Shown here: piece by piece, positions 13,414 to 24,704 of the stretch
Layout: each line of letters starts with the position of its first letter
Numbering within the stretch: position 1 is the first letter of the stretch
Source of the DNA: Heteronotia binoei
Lineage: Eukaryota
Direction of reading: 5' to 3'
DNA length: 64,000 bases
NCBI RefSeq assembly: GCF_032191835.1
Contig: NC_083243.1
Coordinates: forward strand, 28,396,001 to 28,460,000
The notes under the pieces: generated by a model
Told to the model about the DNA's origin: nothing
What the model saw: the letters and a program-made list of their open reading frames with translations, nothing else
The model's database searches: none
Program-made: the position numbers and the translations under genes

Positions 13414-14025
13414 TGTAATTCTCCCTCCTATTTGTTATTACTTATTTCATTCATATCTTGCCCCTATCCCCAATCAGGACCCAATGCAGCTTACGTAGTT
13501 CTCCTCTCCTCCATTTTTAGGCCTGGATGAGTGTGTGTGTGTGTCTGACCCCAGATCACCTCATAAGCTTTCACGGCAGAGTGGGGATTTCACGAATGGA
13601 GCTTTGACTCTTGAAAGCTTTATACTCAATAAATCTTCCAGGGCTTTAGGGTGCCACTGAACTTGAGCCTTGCTCTTCTCCTGCATTTCACTTATAATCC
13701 CACAGAATTAGCAGAAGCGATCCATCAAAGAGAAAGTACTCAAAAGCCATAAAAGTGACTCATGAGGCTGGTGACTAATTTAGCACCTAATACACAATTG
13801 ATTTCCTACACAGACATCCAGGCTCCAAAAATGCTCTTGGCCAGCTCACCAAACTGGGGAAAGAAAACCCGAGACCCAATCCTGCCTATCCTCATGCTCT
13901 AGAATGCAAAGGAACTGGGGTCAGGACAAGGCTCTGTTTCACTTCCTGCAGGACTTCCAAGACATCCAAGTGACTCATCTTCCTTCCCTCACATGCACTG
14001 TGGAGAGCCTAGAAACTCTCTATGC

Positions 14026-14284
14026 CAGGGGTGGCCAAACTTGCTTAACATAAGAGCTACATAGAACAAACATCAGAGGTTTGAGAGCCACAATACATGA
14101 GTCGCAAGGAAATAGAGGGGGGAAGGGGCAACTGTAGCTTTAAATACCTTCTCCAAGCTGCCAGCTGGCTTGGGTTGGAGAAATGATTAAAAGACAAGTG
14201 CCTTCTCCAAGCTGGCTGACAGGGCAGTGGGGGCTTCGAGAGCCACACAATATGTGTGAAAGAGCCACAGTTTAGCCACCTCTG
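14026..14284. mobile_element. hAT MITE (CAGGGGTGGCCAAAC TIR)
   Basis: Perfect 8-bp TSD CTCTATGC at 14018-14025 and 14285-14292. Confidence 0.85.
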
Positions 14285-14848
14285 CTCTATGCACACATTT
14301 ATAGATTCAGAAGCGTGCTGAAACCGTGTTGGTTTGAAGCGGCAGAACAAAGTTTGAGTCCAGTGGCACCTTTAAAATAAGTTAAAACTTTGTTGGTTTT
14401 AAAGTTCCCACTGGATTCAAACTTTGTTCTTTAGGCATATATTTATTTAGGCAACTCAATACTTTTACTGAGGGCCAGATTGGTGTAGTGGTTAAGTGTG
14501 AGGACTCTTTATCTGGGAGAACTGGGTTTGATTCCCCACTCCTCCACTTGCAGCTGCTGGAATGGCCTTGGGTTAGCCATAGCTATTGCAGGAGTTGTCT
14601 TTGAAAGGGGAGCTTCTGTGAGAGCCCTCTCAGCCTCACCCACCTCACAGAGTGTTTGTTGGGGGGGGGGAGATATAGGACACTGTAAGCCGCTCTGAGT
14701 CTCTGATTCAGAGAGAAGGGCAGGGTATAAATCTGCAGTCTTTTTTTCTTAGCTTCAGGCCTTTGTACACAAAACGGAGATAATTCTATTGCAGGACAGT
14801 TGTTACAAAGTGCATTGAACATTTGAAAGGGGGTATATAAATGCCTAA

Positions 14849-15143
14849 GGGAAATCAACCCAGGCTGTTCACTGGAAGGTCAGATGCTGAAGCTGAAGCT
14901 CAAATACTTTGGCCACCAAATGAGAAGGGAGCACTCCCTGGAGAAGATTCTGACGCTAGGAAAGACAGAAGACAAAAGAAGAAGGGGACGACAAAAGATG
15001 AGATGGCTGGACAGTGTTACTGATGTAACAAACACAAATTTGAGCAGACTTTGGAGGATGGTGGAAAACAGGAGGGCCTGCCGTGACTTTGTCCATGGGG
15101 TCGCAAAGAGTCGGACTCGACTGTGCGACTGAACAACAACAAC
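14849..15143 (+). mobile_element. RTE/BovB-like LINE 3' fragment
   Basis: KLKLKYFGH...GRQKMRWLDSV...VHGVAKSRTRL with a (CAA)n tail. Confidence 0.9.
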
Positions 15144-18100
15144 ATATAAATGCTAAGCATTATTATTAGACAGGAATTAACACAAATGTTTAGCTTCATG
15201 ATACCACTATCTGCACTGCCCACATTCACACAATGTTTGTTCGCTTGCAGGCCTGCTTGTAGCCTTAAGTGCACAGACAGGAAATCTAATAAACACAAAA
15301 ATCCCATATCAGCAATCCATTTAGTGCCTCTGCTACCAAGTCTGCCAGAACTAATGGCAATTCAAAAGGTCCAAGGCCCTGGCAAGTAAAACCGACACAT
15401 GGGACGGATAGCAACTGAGCTAGCTAACTAGCATTGCTTTGAAAGGGTGTGATACAGTGAAAGCTAAATCCCAAATGAACGCTTTTTCTTTTGCCCCAAA
15501 TGAGAACATGGTAAATCCTGGCATTCCCTGATCTCATTTCTTTCTCGATTGGATCTTCTGATTTATACTACTGCCTGGCATAGTTACAGTTACGCAGCCA
15601 GAAAGTCTGTCCACATCCAGAGGACAATCCCTCAAAGCAGCGGAGAGTGCTGTCAAGTTGCATTTGGCATATGACGACTTGCAGAGTTTTCAAGGCAAGA
15701 AGCAAACAGAGGGGAGTTTGCCATTGCCTGCCTCTGTGTAGCAAGCCGGGATTTCCTTCCCATCCAAGTGCTAGCCAGGGCTTACCCTGCTTAGCTGCCA
15801 AGATCTGAGGAGAACAGCCTAGCCTGGGCCACCTGGACTTCCCAATCCCTCATACAATATAAAATTGCTTTGCATGTAGTACATAAGCATCCCCATATAC
15901 AGTTTGCAGCCGTGACTACAAAAAGGGAAGGTATAGCTGCCATCTACCTGTACACAAAACATGTCAGATTCAAAGTCAGAGTAGGACCAGCATCAAAAGT
16001 CAAATGTCAGAAATCTGGTTTCATTTCTCAGTTTTCACATGAAAGCTGTCTTGTGTAACCAAAACCATGTGCCCTGCTCTTCATTATAAAGTGCCCTTTG
16101 CCCTTTTGAGGGCTTTATTTTTATCTTAAGAGCTACAAGCTTTTTGATGCTATATCCAATAAGCAACCAGAGTTTCAATCTCTTAAGAATTCTACTGTAA
16201 CAAATTAAGGCTACAGTCCCATTTATGCTTACATGGGAATCAGCTCTGACTGAATAAACTGAGGCGTCTGAGAAACTGCTCAAAATCTGCACTGTTATTG
16301 GCCTATCTTCCAGGGCTATTAGAAGTGTTACAAATATGTGAAATGCTTTGAGCATACCACAGTACTATGTCAATGTAAGGTGTAAGAATCTCAGTTATAT
16401 TTAAAGAAGAGGAGATTGTTAAGTCGTGAAAAGTGAGGTATAAATCCAATCTCCTTTCCCTTCCCCTCCCTACAACAGACACCCTTTGAGGTAGGTGGGG
16501 TTGAGAGAGCTCTGAGACAACTATTCTTGAGAGAACGGCTCTGAGAAAACTTGTGGCTGACCCAAACTCACTCCAGCAGTTGCATTTGAAGGAGTGGGAA
16601 TCAAACCTGGTTATCCCAGACAAGAGTCTGTACGGATTCACACTCCCTCTGCCGACTTTGTTCCATCAAAGAACCTGACAGCTTTAACAGATCCAGAAGT
16701 TCAGCACATTCAGCCTCCAGTTATAAGGTAGGATGCATCTCCCTAGCTGACCAACACATTAGGAAACGACAGGAGCAGGAGTGGACAAATGACAGTCTCT
16801 TTTCTTGTAACTTAAATGAGGAACCAAAAAGAAAGCATATTTTGAAAGACAGCATTAATTGCAGCTTTGACAAACCTTCACCTAGTCTTTGCAAGCATTC
16901 TTTAAAAACAAAACAGGCCATGAGATATATCTTTTCCCACAGTCTGCAACCAACATTAGTAACAGAGAGAATTGTCTGTGAAGGAAAATACAAGTACCAC
17001 ACAACAAGGAGAGCAAGATAAACTGCTAAATGACACAGGGCTGCTAAGAACTGGGAGTCTATGGCCAGAATGAGTCTCCACCTAAGTTCCTCCAACCACT
17101 GCACTATTTGCAATGGACAGGAAATATGTAACTATATACGCACATTCACTAGGGGAAGGCTCCCAGAGGTCTGCTTTTTGTCTCAGCAGCTGACAAATAC
17201 ACATACTGCAATACTCAACAAAGTATACTGTATGAAGAGAAGCTCCCAAAGAAGTGGGCATTTTCCTACTCTAATGCGTGCTGCAGAGGAAATGTTTGTG
17301 CTTTGTTAAAAGGCAGGGGGAAAAAAACCTGGGACTACAAGGGAAAGAGAAAAGATACTCCCCAACAGCAATTCTCCCACCCACAACACACCACTGATGA
17401 AAAAGACAGATATACTAAACTATTACAACACCTCCAGATATACAATACATTCTGGAGTAACTAACACAGAGTCACTACTCACTCCTATCTCCATGCTCTC
17501 AGCCAGTAACTTTATTAGGAACTCCAAGACCACCTATAAACAAAAAACAAGCAACAACAACAAAACACCACTCTGCAGTTAAGTATAAAAGGATGCCCAA
17601 AGTATAGAAAGGGGCCAATTACTCTATTACTCCACTGAGCGATTCCAAATATGTTCCTCTGTAGTACTGATTACACACTTACATTCGTGGGGAGGAGGGG
17701 ATAGAAATTAAACAAATACAATTAGCAACTTTAACTCAATCCTCGTCTGAAGAAGTGTGCATGCACAGGAAAGCTTACGTTCAGAATAAAACTAAGTTGG
17801 CCTTAAAGGTGCAATCGACTCCTATTTTGTTCTACTATTTCAGACCAACACCGCTGCCTATTTGGATCTATTCCCATATGTTCATTTGAGAGGTATCTAA
17901 AAGAAATCTGTTTAACACAAGCTCGCCTCAGTATCTATCCCAGGGCTTTGCAAGGAGTACTTCTGAGTATGTGCAGAAAGCCCCTACCACAACCCTACCA
18001 GGGCGACAAATCCATGCACAAGATGCTTGTCCGCAGAAAGCTTCTGCCACACTAAATGTATTTGCCGTATTTAAGGAGCTATAAGATTCTCTGGAAAGGG

Positions 18101-18159
18101 GTTACAGAAGCCCAGAAAGGGACATGGACTGACAGGAGCTTCGTTGCTTTTGCAAAGTA

Positions 18160-18660
18160 GTCATGGGTGGGGCGGCGGCGACTCCCCAGGAGGGAAGACT
18201 ACCGGGGCAGGAATCCTCCCAACGCACAACTCGGATCCCAGCAACCCGTTTCGATGGCAACCACAACCCCCCGACTAGGCCGCGGCCCGCCTACTCACCT
18301 CAGTAGGGCCCGGGGCCCTTCATGGTTTTCGGGGTGGGCATTGCCTCTTCAGCTCCACAAGCCCCCTGCAGCGCCGGGAAGGGAAAGCCCAGCGTGACCG
18401 CGGCCTCCAGGCGGCAGCGGCGGGATAGTCGTGAGGGGCGGAGCCGGACGTGAGAACACTTCCGAGGGGAGCGGCCTAAACCGGAGCACCGGGCTGTGCT
18501 GCGGAACAAGGATGGCTGGTGAGTGGCTCGGGGTGGGGGTTCCTTAAGAGGAGAGAGTCCGCCACGCGTTGCTTCATGCCAGACCGGGGGTGGGGGGCAA
18601 ACTGCGGCTGGGGAGCCACATGTGACTCTTTCGCACATGTTGTGTAGCTCTCAAAACGCC
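18160..18660. promoter_or_regulatory. CpG-island bidirectional promoter shared by TECPR2 (-) and CINP (+); includes a probable non-coding TECPR2 exon 1 whose donor follows 18299
   Basis: Dense CpG/GC content; minus-strand GAG|GTGAGT donor at 18298; CINP ATG about 210 bp away on the plus strand; X-box-like GTTTCGATGGCAAC at 18248-18261. Confidence 0.85.
18512..18518 (+). CDS. CINP: CINP exon 1 coding part (ATG GCT G)
   Basis: AAGGATGG Kozak context followed by a GTGAGT donor; 7-nt phase-1 microexon that fits exon 2. Confidence 0.85.
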
Positions 18661-20286
18661 CACCAACCATCAGCCGATTTGGAGTGGGCATTTCTCTCTT
18701 TCAATCACTTCTCCTAGCCAAGCCAGCCGACGGCTTGGAAAATACATTTAAAGTTAAAGTTGCTTTTTTTTCTAAAGTTAAAGTTGCTTTTTTCATCTAT
18801 TTTCCTTCCCTCCCTCCCCCTCTCATCAATGACCAATTCTTTATTACGGTCCAAGGACCAGCCAGTTTGAATCTCTCATCTATTTTCCTCCCTCCCTCTT
18901 CTCATCTATTTTCCTTCCTTTCTTCCGGCTCTCAAACATTTGACATTTGTTCCATGTGGCTCTTATGTTAAACATGTGGAATTGTTTTCTGTAGCCCCGG
19001 AAGGTAGGGCCAGAACCAATGGGTTGAAATTAAATCAAAAGAGTTTCCGGCTCAGCATTAGGAAGAACTTCCTGACCGTTAGAGCAGTTCCTCAGTGGAA
19101 CAGGCTTCCTCGGGAGGTGGCGGGCTCTCCTTCCTTGGAGGTTTTTAAACAGAGGCTAGATGGCCATCTGACAGCAATGCAGATCCTGTGAATCGTATTC
19201 GTGCTGGTGAACCCAGGAGCAGGAGATGGTTGTCATTTTGAATTTGCCTAGATAAAAGGACAAATTCTGAGCGCTTGTGTTGACAAGTGAAATTACCTTA
19301 TCTTGAATTAGCCCTTTGGTTCATCAAGATCAGTATTATCTGCAGACAGGCAGCAGCTCTCCCATGTGGCTTAGGTGGGGGTCTTTCAAACCACCTTCTT
19401 ACCTGATCTTTTTAACTGGAGATGCTGGGGGTCGAATGTGGGACCTTTTGCGTGCCAAGCAGATGCTCCTCCACTGAGGCATTTATTTTTTATTTAGTTA
19501 GTTCATTTATACTTCACTTGTCCCCCAGATGGGGACCCAAAACAGTTTACATCCTTCTCCTTTCCTCCATTTTATCATCACAACAACCATATGAGGTAGG
19601 TTAGGCTGAGAGGCCCAAGGTCACCCTTCAAGTTTTCATGGCACAAGCAGGGATTTGAACTTGGGTTTTCCAGATAGTAGTACATCACTCTTAACCACTA
19701 CACCACACTGGCTCTGCTATGTACATTGGCATGACCAAAGCAGTGGGCATGCGCACCTTTAAGACCAACTAAATTTTATTCAGAACGAGTGCTATTAATT
19801 ACCTATCAGCCATTTTGAGCAGAGCTATGGAATATAGCCCTCTTGTGTCAACTAATTGTAAAATTGTACTTTTATGTGTTGGTTTTAGAATTTTAATTGA
19901 ACGAATGTATAGGATTTAATGTTGTTACCCGCCCTGAGCCTGCTTTGGCAGGATGGGCAGGATATAAATCCCATAAATAAATAATAATAAATGGAGATAG
20001 TTTTGCCATCAACTGCTTCTGCACAGTGCCACTGGATTTTGTTGGTGGTCTGCCATCTAGCTACTAACCGGCATCCACCCTGCTTAGCTTCCGAGGTCTG
20101 GTTGGGCTAGCCTGCAACATCCAGGTAAGAGCTGTGCACACAGGATTACAAAAAGCATACAGAAATTAAGGAAATGCGATGGGAAGCATGACGTAAGAAG
20201 CCAGAAGACAGTTTTGAAAATAGGATCCTGCAGCTAACTTCAATTTTTCTGCTATAAAGCACTTTTAATTTTGTGTTTCTGAACAG

Positions 20287-20446
20287 GTAGAAGTCTTACT
20301 CCTAAGACACCTGGGTTATCAGTCAGTGCGCGAAAGATTAAAGATAACGCAGCAGACTGGCATAATTTAATAATGAAGTGGGAGACGCTGAACGGAAATG
20401 GATTTTCCAGTGCTACCAAAATTGTGAACATCAAAATTGCTTCACG
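20287..20446 (+). CDS. CINP: CINP exon 2 (..TPKTPGLSVSARKIKDNAADWHNLIMKWETLNGNGFSSATKIVNIKIAS)
   Basis: Hand translation gives the CINP motif SARKIKDNAADWHNL; CAG acceptor, GTAAGT donor; phase 1-2. Confidence 0.95.
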
Positions 20447-22368
20447 GTAAGTGCTGAGGTAAAATGTCCACACTACCCATGCAAAGGTCATCCCTACTGT
20501 CACACTTCAGTTAGCTGGCGGCCTTTAAAATAGTCACACCAAGCAAGTTTAATGCTTATATTAAGAAATTACTTACTGTTGCAGACCAAGAAAAAAAAGA
20601 TGATTCTTTATGCTGTTACACAAACGACTCCCTATGGATAGGTATAGCCTTTCTTAAGTGCACCTAAAGCAGTATTGGGTTTCTTTGGGGACTTTTAAGT
20701 CTGTGTATACGTAATATTCTTGACCTGGATGCCCCAAGCTAGCCCAGTCTCCGAAGCTAAGCAGACTCGGCCTCAGTTAGGATGGGAGTTTGGATGGGAG
20801 GCCACCAAGGAAGTCCTGGGTTTCTGTTCAGGGTCAGGCAATGACAGACCACCTCTGAATGTCTTGCCTTAAAAGCCCGAGGAGGGCCACCATAAGCCAG
20901 CTGTGACTTGATGGCACTTTGTACCACCCTACATAGGTCAAACCTAACACTGTATCCCCAGAAATGGAAGGAGACAAAGAACATTTAAATAATACACTTT
21001 AATTTGGAATGAAAGGGACAGCTTGAAGAGAGACAGAGCGCCAATCCAAAATATAGCGATTTGTCCAGCAGAATAACATATACACCCAAGAATCTAGTAC
21101 AATCCAGTAAAGATACTCTTGGGAGGGTGCTGCCTGAATGGAGAATAAAAGAGGAGAATGTAAAATACACGTTATCTGTGAGATGAAAAGGATGTGTGTG
21201 TGCTTGGACCGTGGTCTAGGATTCCTTGACGATCATGGGCAGGGTGTGGGGGGGAGACAGCCTTTGAGGCTTGTCAGGTTCCAAGTTGATCTCTAGAGTT
21301 CCAAAGGTGGTTGAATGCAAATTGCTGGGCAAAAATAGCCCCTTTTAATTGTTTTTAGTTGTTGAATTTTGAATTTGCCAGGAAAAACCCAGCTTTGGAA
21401 GCACTTAAAGGGGCTGCAGAGAGGCTGAGAGTGTGTGTGTGAGGAACTTGACAGACTTAAAATTAAAAGACAGAAGGACCTGTTTTGGCAGTGGTAGAAA
21501 TTGGCCTAGTTCATGCTCTGCCTCTTTGGGCAAGGCAGGATACCTGCTTTCAGAAGCATGCTGGGCACAGTTGATTAGTTTACTAAACTGGGAGGGGAGT
21601 GAATCATTCAAAGGTACCAGCTTGGTAGAATTAAAGTAATTACAAGGTATCCAAGACAGACTCTTGATAGTTGGGCTCTCCTGGGCTTGGTTGGCATTTT
21701 ATTTTACCTGTATATACATTTTTAAGGTTCTCTTTAATGGCAGAAAATACAATTTCCAAAATGGGAGATGGACTCTTTTGACCATTTCCCCTTGTCTAAT
21801 ACATCAGAAGTACAAGAATCCAAGGGTGGGGTGCCTTCTCCTGGGGCGGGGGGCATGGTCTTCTGGGCAGCATAGCTGTTGACAGCTAGGGAAGATGGAG
21901 TCAGGTTAGAATGGATAAAAGGAAGTACTTCTTCATCCAAAGGGTGATTAACATGTGGAATTCACTAGCGCAGGAGGTGATGGTGGCTACAAGGATAGCC
22001 AGCTTCAAGAAGGGATTGGATAAACATATGGAGCAGAGGTCCATCAGTGGCTATTAGCCACAGTGTATTGTTGGAACTCTCTGTCTGGGACAAGCCGCCC
22101 TGAGCCTGCTCCAGCAGGGAGGGCGGGATATAAATACAATAAATAAATAAATAAAGTGATGTTCTATATTCTTGGTGCTTGGGAGGGGCAACAGTGGGAG
22201 GGCTTCTAGTGTCCTGGCCACTTATGGACCTCCTGATGGCACCTGGGTTTTTTTTGGCCACTGTGTGACACAGAGCGTTGGACTGGATGGGCCTGATCCA
22301 ACATGGCTTATGTTTTTATGTGGAGGTAACAGCCACTGTTCTTATTAATGAAGGATACTTTTCTTTAG

Positions 22369-22492
22369 GTTTAAAGACAAGTCAGAGATAGAATGTGATA
22401 ACGTTGCCTCCGATGATAGAAGCCTGCCACCAGATTACAATGTAGAGTTGGACGAGTACTGCATGGAACTTCTTGGGACCTTTGAAAAAATG
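22369..22492 (+). CDS. CINP: CINP exon 3 (FKDKSEIECDNVASDDRSLPPDYNVELDEYCMELLGTFEKM)
   Basis: TTTCTTTAG acceptor, GT donor, phase 2-0; the YNxEL..C.EL pattern matches CINP. Confidence 0.9.
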
Positions 22493-22965
22493 GTACTCTT
22501 CTTCACAGCCACAATGGCTACATTCCTCTCATCTTTTAGACTAAGGCCAACACCCTAAGCTAGGAAATATAGGTCTCTTTTTTTTAGTAACTGCATTCAC
22601 CTGTCTGTTTAAGTCAACATCCCATTCAGAGACCTAAACAGGACATTAGTCAATGAATATGTCTATCTTTATGCAAGCCATTCAGTTGTGCTATGAAGGG
22701 AGGCTTAAAAGCATTCAATCACTTGCAAAGAATACTTTTTGAGAATAACGTCAGGTCCTGATCAGACACCTTGACTAGCAGTTTATCTCCACCCCGGTTC
22801 TCTAGGCTCCCTGGTAGAAATCTTTTCCCAGCACTGAAATCGCCTAAACAAGTAAAATGGGAGAATCAAAGAATGCGATACAACATATGCTTATTGTTAA
22901 ATGAGCTGCGGCCCAGTTCTTACATGAAATACCTTACATATGCATTTGTCCTAAATTCTGTTAAG

Positions 22966-23089
22966 ACAAAAATATATCAGAAAATGGAAAAGCTGTGTTC
23001 GACCACTAAAGGAATTTGTGACTTGGAAAAATACCATCATGGAGACCATAGGACACCATTGTTCCATACGTGGCCCACACCCTATTTCT
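22966..23089 (+). CDS. CINP: CINP exon 4 (TKIYQKMEKLCSTTKGICDLEKYHHGDHRTPLFHTWPTPYF)
   Basis: AAG acceptor, GTAAGT donor, phase 0-1; conserved MEKL.STTKGIC and PLFHTWP motifs. Confidence 0.95.
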
Positions 23090-23170
23090 GTAAGTAAGTT
23101 CTTCTTTTGAAATGGCTTGTCTCTTCCCAGTTTTGAAGTGCTGGCAGTTAGCTGAAAGTGATAGCCAAAT

Positions 23171-24102
23171 TAGGGTTTGTAGAATCTTTCGGGATCAAGT
23201 GCCGTGTTCTACCGGAGAAAGTTTTCCTTCCAGACGTTTCGTTCTCAGCTGCGGAGAACATCCTCAGTGGCGTTGCAGCCGGAGCAGGCGCTCAGACCTT
23301 CTTGGCTGCTGTGCATTGAGTGGGGCCAGGGCTGCTGGAGAGCTGCTATTTGTAGGCTGGAGGGGGTGCGATGAAAGGGCAATTGGTTTGTGGATGTGCC
23401 CATTGTTTGGTGGGGCTTCCTGGAGGGGTAGTGATAAGGAAACTGGCTGTTGAATGTGACCATTGTTCTCTGTTAATTGCTGGGAAGGTTGGAAGGGGTT
23501 TGAAGATAAGGAAGATGGTTGTTGACTGTGCTGATTGTTCTGTGGAATTTGCTGGTTGTTCTGAGACTTTCTGCAATTTATAGTCTGTAGGGTGTTTTGC
23601 AGAGCTGGGTACCAAGATTGGTGGATGAAAATGCCTTCTTCCTTTCTGTTAAAATTGTGCTGGTGTTTGTAAATCTCAATAGCTTCTCTGTTCAGGCGGG
23701 TATGATAATGTGAGACCGTAGAAAGGACTTCAGTTCGTTCAAAGTGGATGACGTGGTCTCCTTCTTGAAGTGCATGTTCAGCTACAGCTGTTGTGTGGGC
23801 TTGAAGACAACAGATCCGCCACATGCTGCGCTCGGCCAAAGATATGAGAGATCCACTTTCAACCCCTGGAGTCTACAAAATACCCTGCTCCTGTGGTGCA
23901 GTCTACATTGGCACTACCCAACGCAGTACCAACACCCATCTCACTGAACACAAGAGACACTGTCGCTTGTTTCAGCCAGAAAAATCAGCTGAGAACGAAA
24001 CGTCTGGAAGGAAAACTTTCTCCTGTAGAACACGGCACTTGATCCCGAAAGATTCTACAAACCCTAATGATGTTACCAGCCGTGAAAACCTGAAATCTTT
24101 GA
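23171..24102. mobile_element. Rearranged Penelope-like (GIY-YIG) retroelement fragment in CINP intron 4
   Basis: Plus strand gives GVYKIPCSCGAVYIGTT; minus strand gives AVAEHAL...REAIEI; 83-bp inverted repeats; 12-bp TSD TGATAGCCAAAT at 23159-23170 and 24103-24114. Confidence 0.9.
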
Positions 24103-24501
24103 TGATAGCCAAATATATGCAACAAATTCAGTATAGCTCAAGACTGGACTGCAGTTCTGTTGAGGGGGTTTATGGTTTTCCTGGGGTGCACTGTATATTC
24201 ATAATTAACAATTTCCCATATTACATCCAATTAAATTAAAAATGATTTTTTTTTTTTAAATTATCTGATCTTATTTTTCCCCAGCAGGGCTAAGACAGAA
24301 AATCTTCCTTTGAGAACTTAAAAGTTATATTTTAATTTTTTAAGATGATAAAGTGAATGAAGGTAGGAGCTTTAATGTACAGGGAAGAGAATCACTTTTT
24401 GTAGTGTTTGTTATAATAAAACATAGGGTGTAAAGGTAAAAATGGAATATAAAGGAAGAGGCCACTATAGCATTACTTCTTGATTTTGCTTTTTATTTCA
24501 G

Positions 24502-24704
24502 ATGAAGCTTCTGTTAAACTCCTAGAAATGTACTCAAAGGAACTGAAACTGAAGCAAACTATCGTGCAAGAGATTGCACATACTGCTGACCAATATCTCT
24601 CAATGGTCTACTTGTCATCATGGTTGTATCAGCCTTATATTGAACACAGCAGCAGAGTTATACTAGAAAGTATGTTACTGGAAACAGGACACAGATCACT
24701 CTAG
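24502..24704 (+). CDS. CINP: CINP exon 5, terminal (YEASVKLLEMYSKELKLKQTIVQEIAH...LESMLLETGHRSL*); spliced CDS 618 nt = 205 aa
   Basis: TTTCAG acceptor, TAG stop; the C-terminus matches CINP (LESMLLETGH). Confidence 0.96.

Noticed and set aside
18167-18717. ORFs across the TECPR2/CINP promoter
   Set aside because: GC-rich shadow ORFs without homology.
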